A stretch of DNA of 64,000 nt from a virus: IMG/VR virus record IMGVR_UViG_3300005253_000144, positions 38,175-102,174 of that record, one strand, 5' to 3'. The position numbers and the translations under genes are program-made. This document shows positions 20,896-31,201 of this stretch, one piece after another; position 1 is the stretch's first letter, and every line of letters begins with the position of its first letter. The notes below the pieces were generated by a model. It was given only the letters and a program-made list of their open reading frames with translations, made no database searches and was not told the DNA's origin.

Positions 20896-21330
20896 TCATC
20901 CAAATAACCTACTATACATAACGATTGAACCTGCAACCGCCACATTATAAGATGGTATGTTGATGGCCTCTAGTGATACTAGCATATTGCAATCGTCCAC
21001 AATCACATCGGGTAATCCGTTATCTTCCGCCCCTAATATGTAAATGGCGCGTTCAGGATGGGCAAATGACGATAATGCGGTACCGCCCATCTCTACTGCC
21101 ACAGTCAGGCAATTCTTGGGCATATGACTCTTGAATTCATCCCAGTCTAAATAATGATAAAGCGGAAGATGCAAATATGCTTTGCTGGTATCGCTGGCTT
21201 GTTTTTTGTAGCGGCGGCCAATGGTAAAGATGAATGCCGCGCCAAGCTGTTGAGCAGAGCGCCATAGAGTACCGATATTCACTTCCATTTTAGTATGATA
21301 AATGCCTATTCCAAAATAGCCGCGTCTCAT
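20896..21330 (-). CDS. SpoU/TrmH-family RNA 2'-O-methyltransferase
   Basis: NIGTLWRSA, ILGAEDNGL, SYNVAVAGSIVMY. Confidence 0.9.
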   Translation of the reverse strand: MRRGYFGIGIYHTKMEVNIGTLWRSAQQLGAAFIFTIGRRYKKQASDTSKAYLHLPLYHYLDWDEFKSHMPKNCLTVAVEMGGTALSSFAHPERAIYILGAEDNGLPDVIVDDCNMLVSLEAINIPSYNVAVAGSIVMYSRLFG

Positions 21331-21994
21331 CTTGTTGCAATCTCCTCTGCCAAGTCTATCTCTAAATTAAGTTTATCCAGGGTCTTTAAAACACAACCGC
21401 AGCATATTTTCGATACGCCGGATATGCCGCTTGGAAACTTGTAAACGAATTGCGGCTCTTTCCCGCATCGCCTACACATGAAGGCCTTGTCCTTAGGCAA
21501 TACATATATGAAATTATTCATAACTACTGAATGCTATAAATACAGAGTCCATCCGGTCCTCTTGCCGATAATCCTGGTCTGAGTATTGTTTCCATTGTCT
21601 AACAAATTCCTTTTCAAATCGGCGTTTCCTTATATGCCGCCAAATGCGTAGCCCAATCAGATATAAGAATATGTAGCCTAGTATTTCAATCATTTATAAC
21701 CTCAACTTCAATTCCGCTTGCATATTTATGTGCCCCATAACCACCCAAAATCAACCCAGCACAATACTCACAATACTTATGGTTCTCCCAGTGTGGCCTA
21801 TTGTGTAGTATGTACCCGGCAACATTCGGGCAGTATTCTGTGGGAACCATCTCATTATCAATTAAATCCCATGCTCTCCAGGAGCTACATGCAACGTCAG
21901 CCATCAATCTTACTCCTCAAATCCCCTACCTAATGCAGTACCAATAGCCAATATATCTTTTGGTAATTTGGGTTTCATGTACCTAGTATTTCAA

Positions 21995-22333
21995 TCATTT
22001 TAGCCTAGGTAGCCAATAGATTAGCTCTTTTCCATTAGGGTCGCGGTAGTCAAATACCCAAAACTGATAATGCCCATCGCTATCCCCAACCGCAGTCCAC
22101 ATAAATATTATTCGGAAATTCTTTGGCTCTCCTGCTGGAAAAGCAAAGTAGTAATGAATTAGTCCCCAGCATATTGAATCAGAATAATATTCGTATGTTA
22201 GAGAATTAACTCTAACCTCTGTGGTGTTCTGCCTTCCAACACAGTCTGGATGACCATAGCCAGGTTCTGTTTTTACTTCGTACGGCACAACCAAAATCAG
22301 TATAACCAGTAAAACTATCCATTTGCGCTTCAT
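21995..22333 (-). CDS. Membrane-anchored Cys-containing protein (tandem paralog 3)
   Basis: N-terminal TM followed by VPYE..T, conserved Cys. Confidence 0.6.
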   Translation of the reverse strand: MKRKWIVLLVILILVVPYEVKTEPGYGHPDCVGRQNTTEVRVNSLTYEYYSDSICWGLIHYYFAFPAGEPKNFRIIFMWTAVGDSDGHYQFWVFDYRDPNGKELIYWLPRLK

Positions 22334-22337
22334 AACT

Positions 22338-22706
22338 TCACCATTTCCAATCAATCAGGGTCCGAATTAACTTTAGGTCTTCTCTGGTATAGTTTTCCCA
22401 GTCAAATGCTCGGTAGTCACTTATATGAAGAAAGTTGCTTTCATCCCAACACTCGCACCAAATGTAATTTACAGATAATGACTTTGGATAATCACCCCCA
22501 ATAATTACTATAATGGCAAACAAATTATCACATTTATATTCTAAATAAGCCGAATAAATGATAGCGTCTAGCTGTATGGATTTGTTTTCTAGCCCGGCCT
22601 CACAGTCAGGCCATTCGGGGACATCAGAGGTTCTTGTGCTGTAAGGCATGAAGAAAACCCCGACCAGCAATCCTACAAGTAAATAAAGAAACGTTCTTGG
22701 CTTCAT
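22338..22706 (-). CDS. Membrane-anchored Cys-containing protein (tandem paralog 2)
   Basis: N-terminal TM; WCECW and DWEN motifs. Confidence 0.65.
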   Translation of the reverse strand: MKPRTFLYLLVGLLVGVFFMPYSTRTSDVPEWPDCEAGLENKSIQLDAIIYSAYLEYKCDNLFAIIVIIGGDYPKSLSVNYIWCECWDESNFLHISDYRAFDWENYTREDLKLIRTLIDWKW

Positions 22707-22709
22707 ATA

Positions 22710-23069
22710 TCACCACTCCCAGTCAATAAGTAGAACATTCATTTTATCTTCCCATGTTGGGTTTTCCCAGTCATATTCCCAAAAGTTTTCCGCAGTGAGC
22801 ATGTTCTTTTTTTCCCAGCACACACACCATGCATACCTTACGGACAAAGCCCTTGGGCGGTATTCTGCTCCAAGATACATCCTGAATATATATAGCTTGC
22901 CACACATAAAATCGGCATTCGCAGAGTAGACTAATGCAGCTATTTGTATTCTTTTCTCTTCGCGGCCACATATATGCCATGGGGGATTATCAGAGGTATC
23001 TATTTCATATGGAACAATCAAAATAAGCAACGCAATCAGTGCTAACCCTAGCCTCCACCTTCTCTTCAT
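22710..23069 (-). CDS. Membrane-anchored Cys-containing protein (tandem paralog 1)
   Basis: N-terminal TM; WCVCW and DWEN motifs. Confidence 0.65.
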   Translation of the reverse strand: MKRRWRLGLALIALLILIVPYEIDTSDNPPWHICGREEKRIQIAALVYSANADFMCGKLYIFRMYLGAEYRPRALSVRYAWCVCWEKKNMLTAENFWEYDWENPTWEDKMNVLLIDWEW

Positions 23070-24151
23070 TTGCGCATATCCGCGATTATGAGCACGCCGA
23101 TAATTAATAAAATAAAGCCCCCAATTTCCTTTGTCGTTTCAATATCAGCAAGTAAGACGCCCCAAACTACTAGGATAATACCAATTATTATTTCTACCAT
23201 TCTACGCTCCAATTTCAGCTAACAATAAAACCGCCTACAGGAATAGGTCTTTCCGCAAGGTCGAAAAGCCACCGCGTTCTTTCCTTCGCCCACTCCAAAT
23301 CGGCCTCCCGGTTGGCAATCATTTCAGATATCTTAATAAGGTCTGAATCTTCTGCTTCACCCGCTTCAATTGAATTCTTGACTTTCTTTCTATAATATTG
23401 CTGAAGCCCGTAGGCAGTAGTAGATAATCCTAAATAAGAAATTTTTGGCGCGTGTTCATTAACGTTCCATCCCCAAAAAACTCCGCCAACATATAAACAG
23501 GGTTGTGCCGTTGCGCCTTTGTCAAATTCTGCGCTTTCCCACTCCTCACCCTTTGGTCGATTGTTCGGATTACACCATAATGAAAAACCCGCCATTAGTG
23601 GTTCGTAAACAGCATTGGGTGCAGGTGAGCGGAACACATCAAATATTCGTGCCTGCTCTATGACCGACGCATAAATCAAATGTTCCATTTGGTGACTCAT
23701 ATTTTCTGCCTTAAGAATTCTATATAATCTTTTTCAATAGCCTCCACGTATTCTCTCATTCCACAATACACGCTTCGAGATTAATCATATTGCTACCATC
23801 GCGTTCTTGCACAAAACACCAGATTTCCCGCGGTTCAAATATGGTGTCAATGATTTCTTCATCGTGAGGAACAAGTGGTGCTTGGGGCTGACTTTCGAGC
23901 CACAGGTAAATCAGCATATCTTTTCTTTTCCTCATATCCTTTTGCATCCGTTGTATTTCCGCCGAATACCCGAAGCGCATCAAATCCGTAGAACTTTGCG
24001 CGTCTACAAAATAAACTTGTAGTTGATGGCGATTCTTCGCGCTCTCGTCTGCCACAACTTGTTGTAAAACTACCCATGATAAAGCTACTGAAATTATTAC
24101 CGTCAATGCGTATTTCCAAATGTTCTTCATCGGTACTCCTTTGTGTAAATG

Positions 24152-24802
24152 TTACTTGGGAAAATCCTTATGCTTAATCTTGGTAATTATGCGGTTGCCG
24201 CGCCGATTAAGTAATTCAACTTCAGGGCGCATCACCATTCCTTCTGCTTGGAAGTCCCCCCAGCGGGACATAAATCCATTCCTGGTTTGCTCCACAGCAG
24301 TATACAAATTGCCTTGGCCGATAATAGGCGTAATTTGCAACCCCAGTTTTTCTGCGACGTCTTCAACGTTTTCGCGTTCTAAGAACATTTCACCGACCTT
24401 TACATCAAAGAGGCAAAAGTCAACACCATCAGAAATGTAATTCCCGCCGCCTTTTTGAATCCGTGCCCCAAACCCTTCGCCGTAGAGACAAACACCAGTG
24501 TCATAATCAAAGGCATTCTGTACGTTTTCCAAAGTGAACACCTCTTGTAATTTGCTTTCCAGGAACGGTGGTATCTGTGCTTTATCGGTCTTACCGCCAA
24601 ATCGTATTCCTTCAGCATCATACATTACTCGAATGTTAGTGCCGTCTACCTTTTCGGTAAATACCCAATTGTTGCTTTTGAGATAGTCGAATTCAGGATG
24701 TGCAAATTCGTCTAACAATGTCTTGTAATTATTAGTTGGGTCTCGCTTGTAAACTGTTGTGATTTTATGATATGGGTACATCGGGTATTTGCGGTCGGGC
24801 AT
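24152..24802 (-). CDS. ATP-dependent RNA ligase (Rnl2-like nucleotidyltransferase domain)
   Basis: Motif I TEKVDGTN, III LYGEGFG, IIIa FCLFDV, IV EGMVMR, V ITKIK. Confidence 0.88.
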   Translation of the reverse strand: MPDRKYPMYPYHKITTVYKRDPTNNYKTLLDEFAHPEFDYLKSNNWVFTEKVDGTNIRVMYDAEGIRFGGKTDKAQIPPFLESKLQEVFTLENVQNAFDYDTGVCLYGEGFGARIQKGGGNYISDGVDFCLFDVKVGEMFLERENVEDVAEKLGLQITPIIGQGNLYTAVEQTRNGFMSRWGDFQAEGMVMRPEVELLNRRGNRIITKIKHKDFPK

Positions 24803-25526
24803 CGTTACTATTGCTCAATTTCCATTATTTGTTCCAGTTCAAAAGTTGCATATTGCCCACCATGTACCTTATGTGCACGCAACTGTGCTGCGATAACAAT
24901 TCCAGTATCGGTCATGCGCACGCCCCCACTCGTGAGCGTTAGAAACTCTACAAATCCTGCCTTGACCATATTTTCTAGGCAATCCCAATCATCATGCTCT
25001 TTAATTACATTTGGTTTCTCTTCGGTGTGTCCTTTGAGGCGTGTTCCATATTTATAGCCGTAGGGAGGTTTTTCAAGAGCAAGGATTGCCCTAGCTTGTA
25101 TATGACCTACAAGTAATGGATGTGTTCTGATATTCACGCGTAGTTTGTTCCGGTCTATTTGCCCCCATTGGTCCAACGCATCTACACAAATGGTTTCAAG
25201 ATAAGCTAACAAACTCCAATGGTCGCGTCCAAATTTTTCAACTGGCACAGTTTCCATGGTGTGAACTCCTCATCATTAACATTCCCGCCAATTGTAGCAC
25301 CTTGGTTAGTATATGTCAATCGGTTTGCCTCTTTAATATACGAAGGCATTTTTTACAAGTCACATTATCCTTTTCGGTTGTCCATAAAGCTTGTCCCAAA
25401 TTTATTGCTCTAGGCCGCTTAAAACAAAGGGCCGACACATGACCATCTGACCTAATATGTGATGCCATATGATAAATCTTGTCATCGTAATATGGGTCAT
25501 TTTTAGGTGACATATTTCATATTGAA

Positions 25527-27158
25527 TCACTGCTCCCGCTCTTTTGCCGACCAAAGCGGCAATAACGATAAATCTTTTCCCTCCCCATCCTTCCCTTGGC
25601 CAGCTTCCCAGCTTTGCAATGCCTTTAATCCTAGGCGCTTACTTGCTAGTTTTAGATAATCCATAGCTATGTCTAGGCCAATGCCGTGCCTACCTAACTT
25701 GCGAGCCACGATAAGCGTTGTGCCAGAGCCGATAAAGGGGTCTAAAACCAAAGATGGCTCAAGCTCAATTTCCAAAACGCCCGCGCCCAAACAATCTGAA
25801 CAAACAATTTCCAGTTTGTCCTCTGGGTCAATTCCTATGCCAGCACACCTATCACAAGGCGCAAATTCCAATGGCCTTTTTCTGGCTCGCTTAAACCATT
25901 CGTCTTGGGTATCCTGTTGATACTTTTTGCGCGCACTCCTTACTCTTGGGAATGCGCGATAGGCATCATCATAATGTTTACAGACAGGACGCCAACCGAG
26001 GGTTTTACTCATTGCTGGCTTTTCCATTGTTCCGCTAGAGCGAGTTCTGCCCAGCTTATGAGTTCGCTCTGATCGTCTGATTTTCATGGCTATCTTCTCA
26101 ACCGTCCTCTCCCAAGGGTTACCGCATTCAGGACATACACCCTTCTCAGATACACCTGCTTTAATGCAAGTTTCTACAAGTGCAGGAGGATAAGTTGCGA
26201 AATGTGCACCTGAATATGGGGCTGTGGCCATTGTCCATACGGAACGTTTGTTGCGGCCTCGTTCCGAAAAATCATTGTCCCTTAATCCTGCATGTGGCTG
26301 GCCGTTCGGCATCACCCCTTCAGAATAACGTTTTTCGTTGTCTCGGTTTCTTAGACCCCAATCTTTCGATGGCTCACGAATGGCATCCGCATCATAGTAA
26401 TACTTCTTGCTCTTTGTGAGCAGGAACAAATACTCATGCGCCTTTGTTGGCCTGTCCGTGACGCTCTCCGGCATCGGGTTCGGCTTGTGCCAAATAATAT
26501 CCGAGCGCAGATACCAGCCATCGGCTTGCAATGCCAGAGCCACGCGCCAGGGGACTCCCATCAGGTCTTTGGGTTTGAGATCTAATTGTTTGCCAGCTCT
26601 GCGGCTATTCTGTTGACCTGATTTATGTGGGGAATTTTGTTGTGCAAACCCCGTTGATCTATTTGTGCCTGGATACTTTGGCTGTCCTTCTCGCAATCCG
26701 CCTTCGTTGTAATCCCCGCCAGCTCCACCACTTCCCGCGTAAGAATCTCCGAGATTTAACCAGAAGGTCGCGTCGTCTCTCAACACCCGCCAAACTTCCC
26801 GGCACCATTCTACGGTGTGGTCAATGTACATTTGCAGTGTCGGTTCGAGGCCGTATGCGCCGCGCCAGGCGTTGCATTTGGTACAAGAGCCGCCATGTAA
26901 TTGCGCAGTAGTTTCCCATCCATCAGGATTGCTTTTTCGCGTATGCCCATGTTGCCAGCGCTTACGTGATGTATAATTCTCGTCTTTGATTTCAGCGCCA
27001 AACCACTCGTGCACACAATCCTTATCGCCCCCGAATATGAATTCCTGCTCGCCAGAATATTTTCTGAGGGAATAGTAAGGGGGGCTGGTCACGCCCATAT
27101 GAACAGACTTATCCGGGAGTGGTATCTGGAAAGCGTTTGCCTGTGCTAGTAACAACAT
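25527..27158 (-). CDS. DNA methyltransferase (N4C/N6A) with Cys-rich insertions
   Basis: VTSPPYY, AHFATYP, LDPFIGSGTT. Confidence 0.9.
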   Translation of the reverse strand: MLLLAQANAFQIPLPDKSVHMGVTSPPYYSLRKYSGEQEFIFGGDKDCVHEWFGAEIKDENYTSRKRWQHGHTRKSNPDGWETTAQLHGGSCTKCNAWRGAYGLEPTLQMYIDHTVEWCREVWRVLRDDATFWLNLGDSYAGSGGAGGDYNEGGLREGQPKYPGTNRSTGFAQQNSPHKSGQQNSRRAGKQLDLKPKDLMGVPWRVALALQADGWYLRSDIIWHKPNPMPESVTDRPTKAHEYLFLLTKSKKYYYDADAIREPSKDWGLRNRDNEKRYSEGVMPNGQPHAGLRDNDFSERGRNKRSVWTMATAPYSGAHFATYPPALVETCIKAGVSEKGVCPECGNPWERTVEKIAMKIRRSERTHKLGRTRSSGTMEKPAMSKTLGWRPVCKHYDDAYRAFPRVRSARKKYQQDTQDEWFKRARKRPLEFAPCDRCAGIGIDPEDKLEIVCSDCLGAGVLEIELEPSLVLDPFIGSGTTLIVARKLGRHGIGLDIAMDYLKLASKRLGLKALQSWEAGQGKDGEGKDLSLLPLWSAKEREQ

Positions 27159-27163
27159 TGAAT

Positions 27164-28528
27164 CTAATCCCCATCATCAGCGCGGCCGCCCATAATAACA
27201 ACTTGCGGTTCAAGGCGCGCTACCCGATTAATAAGCAGGCCGTCCTGAATCGCCATTACATCTTCAATATCCTTATATGCCTGGATAGTTTCATCTGAGG
27301 CAACGCCATGATAAGAAATATTTTTGTCCTCCATGTGCTTTTTGAATTTTGCCTCGGAGTGCACCCGCTTGGCCTCTGTGCGCGAGTAGGGGCGGCCAGC
27401 ACCATGCGCGGATGAAAATAATGCCTCAGGGTTTCCTAGCCCACTAGTTAAATAACTTGGAGACCCGCTCGTACCGGGGATAAGTCCAATCTCATCCTTA
27501 TGTGCTGGCGTTGCGCCCTTGCGATGGACATAATTGCCCTTTGAGTTCAACCAAGCATAATTATGTCGATTGAAAATCGTCCCGGCTACTTGCAATCCAC
27601 TAGAGCGCGCAAATGTAGAGTGGATAATTTCGTGATTGGCAAGAGCATATTCACCCATAAGCTGCATGACCTCCCAATATTCCTTTCCAGCATCTGTATC
27701 CATACGTAACCAACCATGACCCTTTGGAACATTTCTGGTAGTCGCCTTGGTTTCATTTTCGGCCATCTTTGTATAATGCGTTGCCAATTTATGACCCGTG
27801 CCGCGGCTTCCAGAATGTGTGAGCAGGCCTATCCTTTTTACCCTATGGTCCATAGGCAAAAATTCTGGAGACACATTCGCTCGGATTCGTGAAATAAGAA
27901 CTATATCAGCAAAGTGATTTCCGCCGCCGCTTGTGCCCAACTGCCGATTTGCCAAATATTGCAGGGCTTTAACTTTGGGGGCTATATTCCATTGCTCATT
28001 ATCCATGACAGCATGTTTACGCGGGGAATCAAATTCTAAACCCACACCAAACTTTGTAGATGCTTTTAAATAATCTGCGAACATCTTGCGCCTGCTAATA
28101 AACGCATTTGGTGGGATATCATACACACTTAACATGACCATGCAGGAAATGTCGAAACCGATGTAACCTGGTGAAATCGCGTTTTCCGTTTCGATGACCC
28201 CGCCAATGGGTAGGCCGTAACCTTTGTGGGCGTCCGGCATCAGCGCAGCTCTTATTGCGGGCGGTATCCGCGCGCACACTTCCATTTGGTCATAAGCGTT
28301 TTTAGGAATTAGGGCGCCGACTTTTCCAAATGTTGCGATTGGCACGGGCACATCTCGGTATGCTGGAGAAGTATCCTTTCCGAATTTCTTTTCGACCGCC
28401 TCTAATATCTGTTCCGGGTCATTGCCGAGTTCCCCGGTCAGGCTCGCGGCGTACTTGGCAATTTCAGGATACCCGCGCCGTGAATGATATTCCTTTAGCA
28501 ATTCATGCGTGTTGATTCTTTTTGTCAT
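27164..28528 (-). CDS. rtcB: RtcB RNA 3'-phosphate/5'-OH ligase
   Basis: MPDAHKGYGLPIG, GFDISC, GGGNHF, HSGSRG, HRKGAT, SSAHGAGR. Confidence 0.95.
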   Translation of the reverse strand: MTKRINTHELLKEYHSRRGYPEIAKYAASLTGELGNDPEQILEAVEKKFGKDTSPAYRDVPVPIATFGKVGALIPKNAYDQMEVCARIPPAIRAALMPDAHKGYGLPIGGVIETENAISPGYIGFDISCMVMLSVYDIPPNAFISRRKMFADYLKASTKFGVGLEFDSPRKHAVMDNEQWNIAPKVKALQYLANRQLGTSGGGNHFADIVLISRIRANVSPEFLPMDHRVKRIGLLTHSGSRGTGHKLATHYTKMAENETKATTRNVPKGHGWLRMDTDAGKEYWEVMQLMGEYALANHEIIHSTFARSSGLQVAGTIFNRHNYAWLNSKGNYVHRKGATPAHKDEIGLIPGTSGSPSYLTSGLGNPEALFSSAHGAGRPYSRTEAKRVHSEAKFKKHMEDKNISYHGVASDETIQAYKDIEDVMAIQDGLLINRVARLEPQVVIMGGRADDGD

Positions 28529-28547
28529 ATTTAATGAGCCTCCTATC

Positions 28548-28985
28548 TTATTCTGTTTTTATTGTTTTTGTACTCTTTTGAATACGATGAATCATATAAT
28601 GTGCTGATTTATAGGTAATGTCTAACATATGGCGCAATTGTTGTGCTGGAATTCCCCTCTTGCTTATATTCATCATATAAATTGCGATTAGCCATTTATT
28701 CATGGGAATATGAGTGTCTTCAAAAAGCGTGCCAATGGTGACTGTGAAGTTCTTGCGGCAAAAACCGCATCGATATACACCAGGCCGAATTCTATTTTTA
28801 TACTTCGTTCCTGGTTTTGATTCTAGTTTCCATGCGCCTCCGGCACTCCCGCATTTTGAGCAGACAATTCCATTAGGCCATCGGATATCCTCAATAATCT
28901 CGCGGGATTCATCTTCTGATAGCTTCGCAATTTTTATTAAGTCAAGATTAATCAGATAGTTCTGTATTTCTTCTATTAGTGTCAT
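28548..28985 (-). mobile_element. IS1595-family transposase N-terminal fragment (Zn ribbon + HTH, no DDE domain)
   Basis: IRWPNGIVCSKCG...YRCGFCRKNFTVTIGTLFEDTHIP..KW...ITYKSA; ORF ends before the catalytic domain. Confidence 0.8.
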
Positions 28986-29065
28986 TCAATCAAGAATCCT
29001 AATCCTGCGGTCATACCAAAGCCAATGAATAGGATTGAGAATCCTTAATTCCTCTGGCATCATCG

Positions 29066-30817
29066 CTAAATGTCTCCTATCGCATTCTCGTAAAATACAT
29101 CACTGGCGCGTATTTCTTTGGTCCCGGTTATCAACTCTAATATGCGCAATTTACTCAGTGCGTTATTGAACCCGCCGCTGGTTACCTGATAATCCGTCAT
29201 TATGGCTATCATTTCCTTGGATAGGCTCTTCGGATATTCATCACAAAGTACGGCTAATATTCTTCGCTGTGCGCGGCCCAATTTCCGTTTCCAATATTCT
29301 ATCAACTCCTGACCAACGGGTAAAGGCGCGTATTCTTCCCCCAAGGCTTCAAACCCGCTATCCGTGATTATAAACTTTCCGAGGTTATCCACCTCCATAA
29401 ATCCAGAGATTTTAAGATTGCTTAAAGCATTTGCAAACCCTCCGCTATTGATTGAATAACTGGTAAGAATAGCGATTTGTTTCTTGTTCTTTGTGTTTGG
29501 ATGATGCTGTGCAAGAGTTCTTAATATCCGATTCTGCGCACGGGGCAACTTATCACCATCAAAATTTGGGAGCGTATTGTTTGCTATTGGCTGCATACTA
29601 GGGCGAAGTGTGCTGGTCTCTACTTGTGACGCCCTTGCCATCTTCTCCATTACCACTTTGCCACTGGCCTCCTGCTTCTTCATCCCAAGGATTATCTGGT
29701 CAATAGTTTTGGGCAGGTTTACGAATTCCTTTGTAATGGTAGTCAACTTCGTAGATAACTCTTGCAACGCTTCATAGGTTTCTTCAGGAACAAACGGAAC
29801 TCGCACAGGAACTTTGGTTTCAATATTCTTAATTACGGTATTAGGCGTTGCTACTATTTTCTCCGATGCCTTCGCCTTCCGGCGTGCTTTAGCAATATCG
29901 CGTTTCAGTTCTGTGTTCTCGGTCTGTAACTGCACCAATAGGTCGGTTTCCCTTTGCGCCTCCTGGGGCAAATCCCCCATTTGTGAAACCAATGTTAATA
30001 TCGCCTTCGATGCTGGCGGAACTCTCATTTTGAATCGTTCACCTTGTTTGGGATGCGTGCTTTTAACTTTGTCAGAGCGGAACTCCACAACACCTGCCAT
30101 GGAAAGGGCTGCCCCAAATGTATAAAACATTCCAGGTTTCAAATTACGCAACTCCATCCGCTTGGTTTTGCCCATACCCAATAGGTCGCCTGCCCGCTTT
30201 TGGTCAATATCTAAGGCTGTGCGCCCGATAATGATATTGTTTGCTTCGGCCGCGGCGTCTTTATGTAACTTGCTTAATCGCTGCGTGGAAAGGATTCCAG
30301 CGTAGCCACGCTTACGCCCCTGCGACATCAGGGCGATAACCGCCTCCGAACTTTCCGCACTTCCTGCAGAGCGTTCTGGGCAGTAGACATGCGCTTCATC
30401 TAAGATTACCAAGATAGGATGCCAATATTTACGCGGCAAATTCATCAAGCTATCTAAGAACAGCTTCACATAAGTTCTACGGTCAGCTAGTTTCAAATCG
30501 TACAAATCGATAATCGCGCTTATCTCTTTCTCTGCCAATTTGCGCGCTAACAATTTTGCCGTCTTGATAGTGGTGGCCAATTCGCCATCATTGCCAATAA
30601 GAGCAATGGTAATCTCTTCCCTTAATGTTATAAACTCTCCCTCCGGGTCCAAAATAATGATTTGGACATCTGCCGCCGTTCTTTCCGCGATAAGACGTAG
30701 TAGCCAAGACTTTCCCCCGCCGCTGTTTGCTGACACCAGCATACGTGTGTCAATCAGTTTTGGGAGGTCAATTTTTAATTGCTTATCCTTTGCGACTTGC
30801 CCAATTACGAATTGCAT
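29066..30817 (-). CDS. HerA/FtsK-like (DUF87) P-loop ATPase with coiled coil and two C-terminal winged-helix repeats
   Basis: ANSGGGKS, ILDPEGE, ILDEAH, QGRKRG, STQR; duplicated RAQxRIL...SGGFxNALSxL. Confidence 0.85.
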   Translation of the reverse strand: MQFVIGQVAKDKQLKIDLPKLIDTRMLVSANSGGGKSWLLRLIAERTAADVQIIILDPEGEFITLREEITIALIGNDGELATTIKTAKLLARKLAEKEISAIIDLYDLKLADRRTYVKLFLDSLMNLPRKYWHPILVILDEAHVYCPERSAGSAESSEAVIALMSQGRKRGYAGILSTQRLSKLHKDAAAEANNIIIGRTALDIDQKRAGDLLGMGKTKRMELRNLKPGMFYTFGAALSMAGVVEFRSDKVKSTHPKQGERFKMRVPPASKAILTLVSQMGDLPQEAQRETDLLVQLQTENTELKRDIAKARRKAKASEKIVATPNTVIKNIETKVPVRVPFVPEETYEALQELSTKLTTITKEFVNLPKTIDQIILGMKKQEASGKVVMEKMARASQVETSTLRPSMQPIANNTLPNFDGDKLPRAQNRILRTLAQHHPNTKNKKQIAILTSYSINSGGFANALSNLKISGFMEVDNLGKFIITDSGFEALGEEYAPLPVGQELIEYWKRKLGRAQRRILAVLCDEYPKSLSKEMIAIMTDYQVTSGGFNNALSKLRILELITGTKEIRASDVFYENAIGDI

Positions 30818-31201
30818 AATATGCCTCTTTCATTTATTATAACAATTGTTAGTCCCTAAATTTTTCCTTCATGGCTTCCATAAAACCTGGTGGCCCATCA
30901 AAATAAAACTCTGCTTTTATAGCATATGCGTTTTGTAAATACTGTGCCATTTCTTTAATGTCGTGTATGGATGCAGTATGTAGGTCCAGCCGCTTGACAA
31001 TATCTTGCCCCTTCTGGTGCGAAAGGATGAAGACCACAGTATTGCCATGACTTTTTTGGCTATGCCAATCCACGCCCACTTCCATATTCTCACCCAGGAT
31101 TAATTGCAATGCCTTTTTAAGCTGCGCAAATTCTGTCCGTAGTGCTTCGTCCCTAGGGATGAAAAGGTTTTGGAACTTACGCCGGATAAACGCTTTAATT
31201 T

